From the NCBI GenBank assembly GCA_046483985.1, contig JAWOCD010000040.1, positions 32,001 to 96,000 on the forward strand: a DNA stretch of 64,000 bases. Reading direction: 5' to 3'. Within the stretch, counting starts at the first letter, position 1; each line of letters begins with the position of its first letter. This stretch comes from Promethearchaeia archaeon (lineage in GTDB: Archaea; Asgardarchaeota; Lokiarchaeia; Sigyniarchaeales; SOKP01). Made by a program: the position numbers and the translations under genes. The notes beneath the pieces were generated by a model that saw only the letters and a list, made by a program, of their open reading frames with translations, searched no databases and was not told the origin of the DNA. Shown in pieces: positions 59,685 to 64,000 of this stretch.

Positions 59685-60110
59685 ATGGGAAACGATAAAC
59701 TCGATGAGTTTTACGATAAGATTCACGACTCAAAAAATAAAATTCCGAAATATGCATCCATTAGTGTACGGCCAGGAAAAAAGGTGCTTGATTTTAAAAT
59801 TAAAAAGATGGCATCGAAAGTTCTTAAGATTATCGCACATGAAAAGGATAAAAAAGGCTGGTTTACTCACTCCTTTCACGTCCCTATTAAAAACTTAGGA
59901 TTACCAGATGATGCAAAAAATAAACACATCCTTCGATATTTTAACAATCCCCGGAGAATTCGGGGTGATCAAGGGACACGGGAGATATTGGAAGATATCC
60001 TAAGGAAATACGTGGAAATTCTTCCAAAAAGGAAAAAACACTACTTCCGAACAAAAAGATTCAAAAAGAAAAAGGATTACTCAGCAGGAACGAAAATTAA
60101 AGGATTCTAA
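59685..60110 (+). CDS. Hypothetical basic protein
   Basis: Lys-rich ORF; ATG 59685 preferred, ORF track start 59604. Confidence 0.6.
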   Translation: MGNDKLDEFYDKIHDSKNKIPKYASISVRPGKKVLDFKIKKMASKVLKIIAHEKDKKGWFTHSFHVPIKNLGLPDDAKNKHILRYFNNPRRIRGDQGTREILEDILRKYVEILPKRKKHYFRTKRFKKKKDYSAGTKIKGF

Positions 60111-60164
60111 CAAGCTAGTTCTTATTCAACTTTGTACTAGGTTTCAGAAAATAGATTACCCCGT

Positions 60165-60500
60165 TTATCTTATTTTAGTACCAGACGGGATATGAGCGGC
60201 GACATCTCTATCTAATTTTAAAATATACGGTTGATTGCCCACATCGGCGGCTAATAATAGTCCCTCGCTGCGTTTGCCCATTATTGTTCTTGGTTCGGCG
60301 TTTAACAAAACAATTACCTTGCTATTAACCAGTTGATCTGCAGAAAATCCTTCCGGAAGATTCGAGATAATTTGCCGAAACCCTTCAGTACCGCATTCTA
60401 ATTCAAATCGAAAAAAGTTCCGGGATTTAGGGATTTCTTCACAGGTTACTACGGTAGCAACCCGCAAATCCAACTTTGCCAATTCTCGTAATCTAATCAT
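60165..60500 (-). CDS. tRNA-binding OB-fold protein (CsaA/Trbp111/MetG C-terminal-like)
   Basis: KLDLRVA, RQIIS, LNAEPRTIMGKRSEGLLLAA, GTKIR; ATG overlaps the trmI stop region. Confidence 0.85.
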   Translation of the reverse strand: MIRLRELAKLDLRVATVVTCEEIPKSRNFFRFELECGTEGFRQIISNLPEGFSADQLVNSKVIVLLNAEPRTIMGKRSEGLLLAADVGNQPYILKLDRDVAAHIPSGTKIR

Positions 60501-61398
60501 TTTCTTCGAGGTATCCTCCACCCAGTGGCATTCCTTCAAAACTGACCTTCTCTGGCTTCTCCGGTTTTATTCCTCTATATGGATTTTCTTGGTCGGCAAT
60601 TTTTCGTGCAAAAATAAGATACCCGGTATGGCCTATCATACGGCCATTTGGTCTGGTAGCATTTTCCTTTATCTGTAAGTCTCGTTTTAAGAGTTCGCAG
60701 GCATTAATTTCAAAAAAGCCTTGTTTTTTAAAGGCAAAATAAGTCTTTTTAACTTGTTCGATGGTTGGGGAAAATGAGACCACCGTCCCACTTAATTTGA
60801 GATATTTCTTTACTTTCTTTATGGCCTTCCATGGCTGAGCCAGATCTAGGACGACCGAGTCAATATTTTGGAACTCAAAATCGTCCTCAATTATATCTCC
60901 TTCCTGGATGGACACAACCTCATCTAAACCCACTTTTTTTACATTATGCTTTGCTTGTTGCAACGACTTATGACGCACATCATAAGAGTAAATATGTCCA
61001 TGTGAACCCACATAGGCACCCAGAATGCATGTTAAAGCACCAGACCCACATCCTGCCTCCAGCACCTTACTCCCAGGACCGATTCCTGAATACATCAAGA
61101 TTAAACCCGCATCTTCTGGGTAGATGATCTGCGTTTTTCTCCGGATATGTTGCACATAGTCAGAGATTAACGGTCTTAGCACATAAAACTTGTATCCTTG
61201 GGTATCTCGAGGGCGAGAAAACACAACAGAGCCGTATGGTTTTCCGATAATGTCATCAAATTCGATATATCCCCGATGGGTTTGGAAATTCTCGCCAGGT
61301 TTGACTTTTACAATCCATCTTCGTCTATTATCTAAAATTAAGAATACAATACTATTCTTCTTGATGACATGATCCGATGAGTCGTTAATCGCATTCAT
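60493..61398 (-). CDS. trmI: tRNA (adenine-N1) methyltransferase
   Basis: RKTQIIYPED, VLEAGCGSG, LDLAQPW, FSPTIEQV, HTGYL. Confidence 0.92.
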   Translation of the reverse strand: MNAINDSSDHVIKKNSIVFLILDNRRRWIVKVKPGENFQTHRGYIEFDDIIGKPYGSVVFSRPRDTQGYKFYVLRPLISDYVQHIRRKTQIIYPEDAGLILMYSGIGPGSKVLEAGCGSGALTCILGAYVGSHGHIYSYDVRHKSLQQAKHNVKKVGLDEVVSIQEGDIIEDDFEFQNIDSVVLDLAQPWKAIKKVKKYLKLSGTVVSFSPTIEQVKKTYFAFKKQGFFEINACELLKRDLQIKENATRPNGRMIGHTGYLIFARKIADQENPYRGIKPEKPEKVSFEGMPLGGGYLEEND

Positions 61399-61606
61399 TT
61401 ATAAAAATTCCTTTAATTTTTTTTGTTCAATTATGTATTAATGTTTTATTTCTTATTTCATTTCTCCATTACTCTGGAAATTTCTTATAATTTGAAAGAA
61501 TTTAGAATTTATTTTCATAAAATATAAAAATTTTAGATTTTTTTCTATAGTAAGATTGAGAAAGAAACAGTTATAAATTCTTTTTATAAACATTCTTTGA
61601 TTATCA

Positions 61607-62527
61607 ATGAGTAAGAATAAATCAAAACCTAACTTTTTTCAAATGCCCATTAGTGACTTGCAAACGAAAGTTAATGAATACAGAGAGAAACGGAATAAGT
61701 TAAATAAAAAAACTAAGGAATATATCAAAAATCTCCAAGAGATTGAAGCAAAAATCAATGAATATTTAAAACTCGCCAAAGAGAGATATAAGAAAAAAAG
61801 AGATTTGTGGAATGAACGAGTACAAAAGTTAAAGGACAAGAAGATTGAATATAAAAATCTCTTAAATGAACTGTATGAAAAGAAAAATGCCCAGCATAAG
61901 ACGAATAAGGGAAACGATAAAAAGTACTATTCCATCAAAGGAATTGAAAGAAAAATCGAAGCATTAGAACGCAGAATTGAGACGGAAAATCTTGATATCC
62001 AAGAAGAAAACGAAATCGTGGATCAAATTCGGGAATTAGCAAGTGAAAAGAAAAGAATTAAGGAACAACGTAAAGAGGACGAATCATATAAACTAGACCG
62101 AAAAATCGAGATTGTGAAAATTAACTTGGACAAAATTTACGAGAAATTGGATAAATGGAGCAATAAATCTCAGCAAAACCATCAAAAAATGCATGAGATT
62201 TATGATAAAGTTTCAGAACTACGCGAACAAAAGAGTAAATCGGAAGAACAATTAATCGAAAATAAAAAATTAGCCGATGAATATCACGAAAAGTTTTTGA
62301 AGGCAATGCGTGCTAAGCGAAAACGGACCAAAGGGAAAAAGGGATATCGATCCAAGAAACGAAGATCATCACATCGTGACAGAAGAGGAAGAAAAAATTG
62401 GAATAAAAAGCAAGCAGAGATGGAGAAAATAAAAAAATCTAAACTCGAAAAAGCTCTGGAAAAACAAAAAGCTGGGAAGAAGTTAAACATCTTTGAAGCG
62501 AGATTGATTTTAGAAAAAGGAGATTAA
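61607..62527 (+). CDS. Archaeal coiled-coil protein
   Basis: Long heptad K/E-rich sequence ending EKQKAGKKLNIFEARLIL. Confidence 0.75.
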   Translation: MSKNKSKPNFFQMPISDLQTKVNEYREKRNKLNKKTKEYIKNLQEIEAKINEYLKLAKERYKKKRDLWNERVQKLKDKKIEYKNLLNELYEKKNAQHKTNKGNDKKYYSIKGIERKIEALERRIETENLDIQEENEIVDQIRELASEKKRIKEQRKEDESYKLDRKIEIVKINLDKIYEKLDKWSNKSQQNHQKMHEIYDKVSELREQKSKSEEQLIENKKLADEYHEKFLKAMRAKRKRTKGKKGYRSKKRRSSHRDRRGRKNWNKKQAEMEKIKKSKLEKALEKQKAGKKLNIFEARLILEKGD

Positions 62528-62659
62528 TTTTTTTCAAAAAAATTTTTGATCTTTTTATCATTTCTATTTTTCATTATGAGAGAATACTTTACAATAAAAT
62601 TTAATTTAAATTCTAAATTCTCTTCTTTATAATCTTGGAAAATAAAAATTTGATGTAAA

Positions 62660-63988
62660 TTGAGTGAAAAGTTATCTAAAATACGGTCTATCCTTAAAGC
62701 CCATCACAAGGAGATGAAAGCGGGAATTCCGCTGATTGCTTCGGAGAATATAACTTCTCCAGCTGTAAAAGAGGCGGTTAATAGTGATTTTAGTCATAGA
62801 TATGCAGAGGGGTGGGTTGGACAACGGGTATACGCTGGCTGTAAGTATATCGATAAAATTGAAAGGCTTTGCATAGATTTAATGAAAGATTATTTCGATT
62901 GTGTTCATGCGGATGTACGTCCTATCTCGGGTGTAATGGCGAACCTGGTTTTGTACAACTGTTTTACATCCGAAAATAATGGAAAGATGTGTGCTATGCC
63001 TATCCCAAAAGGCGGCCACATCTCACATGCTCCCAAATATACCAGTAGCGGAAAGCCAATTCACGGGACTGCGGGCACAGTTAGGGGATTGGATATTAAA
63101 TATCTCGCCTTTGACGAAGACGAAATGAATATTGACCCTGATAAGTCAATTAAAATTATTCGTGAATTTGAACCAGAACTGATTTTATTTGGCGCTTCTG
63201 TATTTTTATTCCCCCACCCCGTAGAAGAATTAAGCGAAGTTGCAAAGGAGGTGAATGCCAATATTGGCTATGATGCAGCGCATGTAGCAGGATTAATTGG
63301 TTCAGGCTTTTTTCAAGATCCGCTACGAGAAGGAGCCGATGCGATGTCATTAAGCACCCATAAGACTTTACCTGGTCCTCAGCATGGGGCAGTTCTCTCT
63401 GACAGAGAGGATTTAATAGAGCCGTTAAAATCTTCAGCATTTCCAGCACTATTTAGTAATCATCACCTTCATAATGTCGCTGGATTGGCTACTTCCGTGG
63501 TTGAGATGCAAGAGTTTGGAGAGAAATACCATAAACGAGTTATAGAAAACGCAAAAGCCTTAGGAGAAGCCTTACATGAGCGTGGTATAAATGTATTATG
63601 TGAGCATAAGGGATTCACTGAATCTCATCAAATTGTCGTCGATATCGCAAATTTCGAGAAGTCTATAGGTCTGGGAGGGGATATTGAAAAACTCTTGGAA
63701 AAGGCAAATATTATCTTAAATCGGAATTTACTTCCTTGGGATATTCGAGAGGGAAGACATTATATGAATCCTGGCGGTTTGCGGATTGGTACAAGCGAAA
63801 TTACCCGACTAGGGATGGGAAAAAGCGAAATGGTCGATATTGCAGAATTCTTCAAGGAACTATTGGTAGATCAGAAAGATCCCAAAATTGTGAAAAAAGA
63901 AATCGCTGCGTTCAAGGAAGATTTCCAAGAAGTAGAATACTGCTTCCAAAGTTCAAACGAAGCATACAAATATTTGGAATTTTACTAA
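62660..63988 (+). CDS. glyA: Serine hydroxymethyltransferase, archaeal type
   Basis: LIASEN, HRYAEG, GGHISH, YDAAHVAGL, STHKTLPGPQ, GLRIGT. Confidence 0.95.
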   Translation: MSEKLSKIRSILKAHHKEMKAGIPLIASENITSPAVKEAVNSDFSHRYAEGWVGQRVYAGCKYIDKIERLCIDLMKDYFDCVHADVRPISGVMANLVLYNCFTSENNGKMCAMPIPKGGHISHAPKYTSSGKPIHGTAGTVRGLDIKYLAFDEDEMNIDPDKSIKIIREFEPELILFGASVFLFPHPVEELSEVAKEVNANIGYDAAHVAGLIGSGFFQDPLREGADAMSLSTHKTLPGPQHGAVLSDREDLIEPLKSSAFPALFSNHHLHNVAGLATSVVEMQEFGEKYHKRVIENAKALGEALHERGINVLCEHKGFTESHQIVVDIANFEKSIGLGGDIEKLLEKANIILNRNLLPWDIREGRHYMNPGGLRIGTSEITRLGMGKSEMVDIAEFFKELLVDQKDPKIVKKEIAAFKEDFQEVEYCFQSSNEAYKYLEFY

Positions 63989-64000
63989 GATTCAGAAGAG

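Noticed and set aside
1-64000. CRISPR array, rRNA genes, and the many short antisense ORFs in the track
   Set aside because: No regularly spaced repeats or rRNA-like sequence were seen; the short ORFs are shadows of well-supported genes.

Overview
AT-rich archaeal chromosome segment, most likely an Asgard archaeon (Lokiarchaeia-like). This is inferred from two small GTPases with C-terminal roadblock/longin-like extensions, vWA-zinc-finger proteins, and archaeal-type ProRS, TrpRS, thermosome, Cdc48 and SHMT. Housekeeping content: proS (partial), leuCD, DAP-pathway lysine genes, argG, tRNA-Pro(UGG), an hsp20-cdc48-HTH heat-shock operon, core MetE, pckG, thermosome, hisI, trpS, trmI and glyA. 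The standout is a ~10 kb accessory block (25.5-35.2 kb). It holds a SAM-methyltransferase fused to an HgcA-like corrinoid/membrane protein (cap helix NVWCAARGG) followed by an HgcB-like ferredoxin, divergent from metVF. It abuts an ArsR (ELCGC) divergon with four Cys-rich DGC-type domains (one fused to a lipoyl H-protein), a ferredoxin, an HdrA-like module, DUF166 and a CcdA-like thiol transporter; together a candidate metal(loid) methylation/handling system. Also present: an hdrA-mvhD/hdrC/hdrB/metV/metF operon, an unannotated box C/D sRNA whose D guide appears to target the SSU rRNA site equivalent to that of human SNORD25/yeast snR56, a miniature IS200/IS605 element reduced to left end + promoter + omegaRNA scaffold, and several pseudogene remnants. 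No CRISPR array or rRNA gene was seen. All family calls are from recalled motifs, not database searches.
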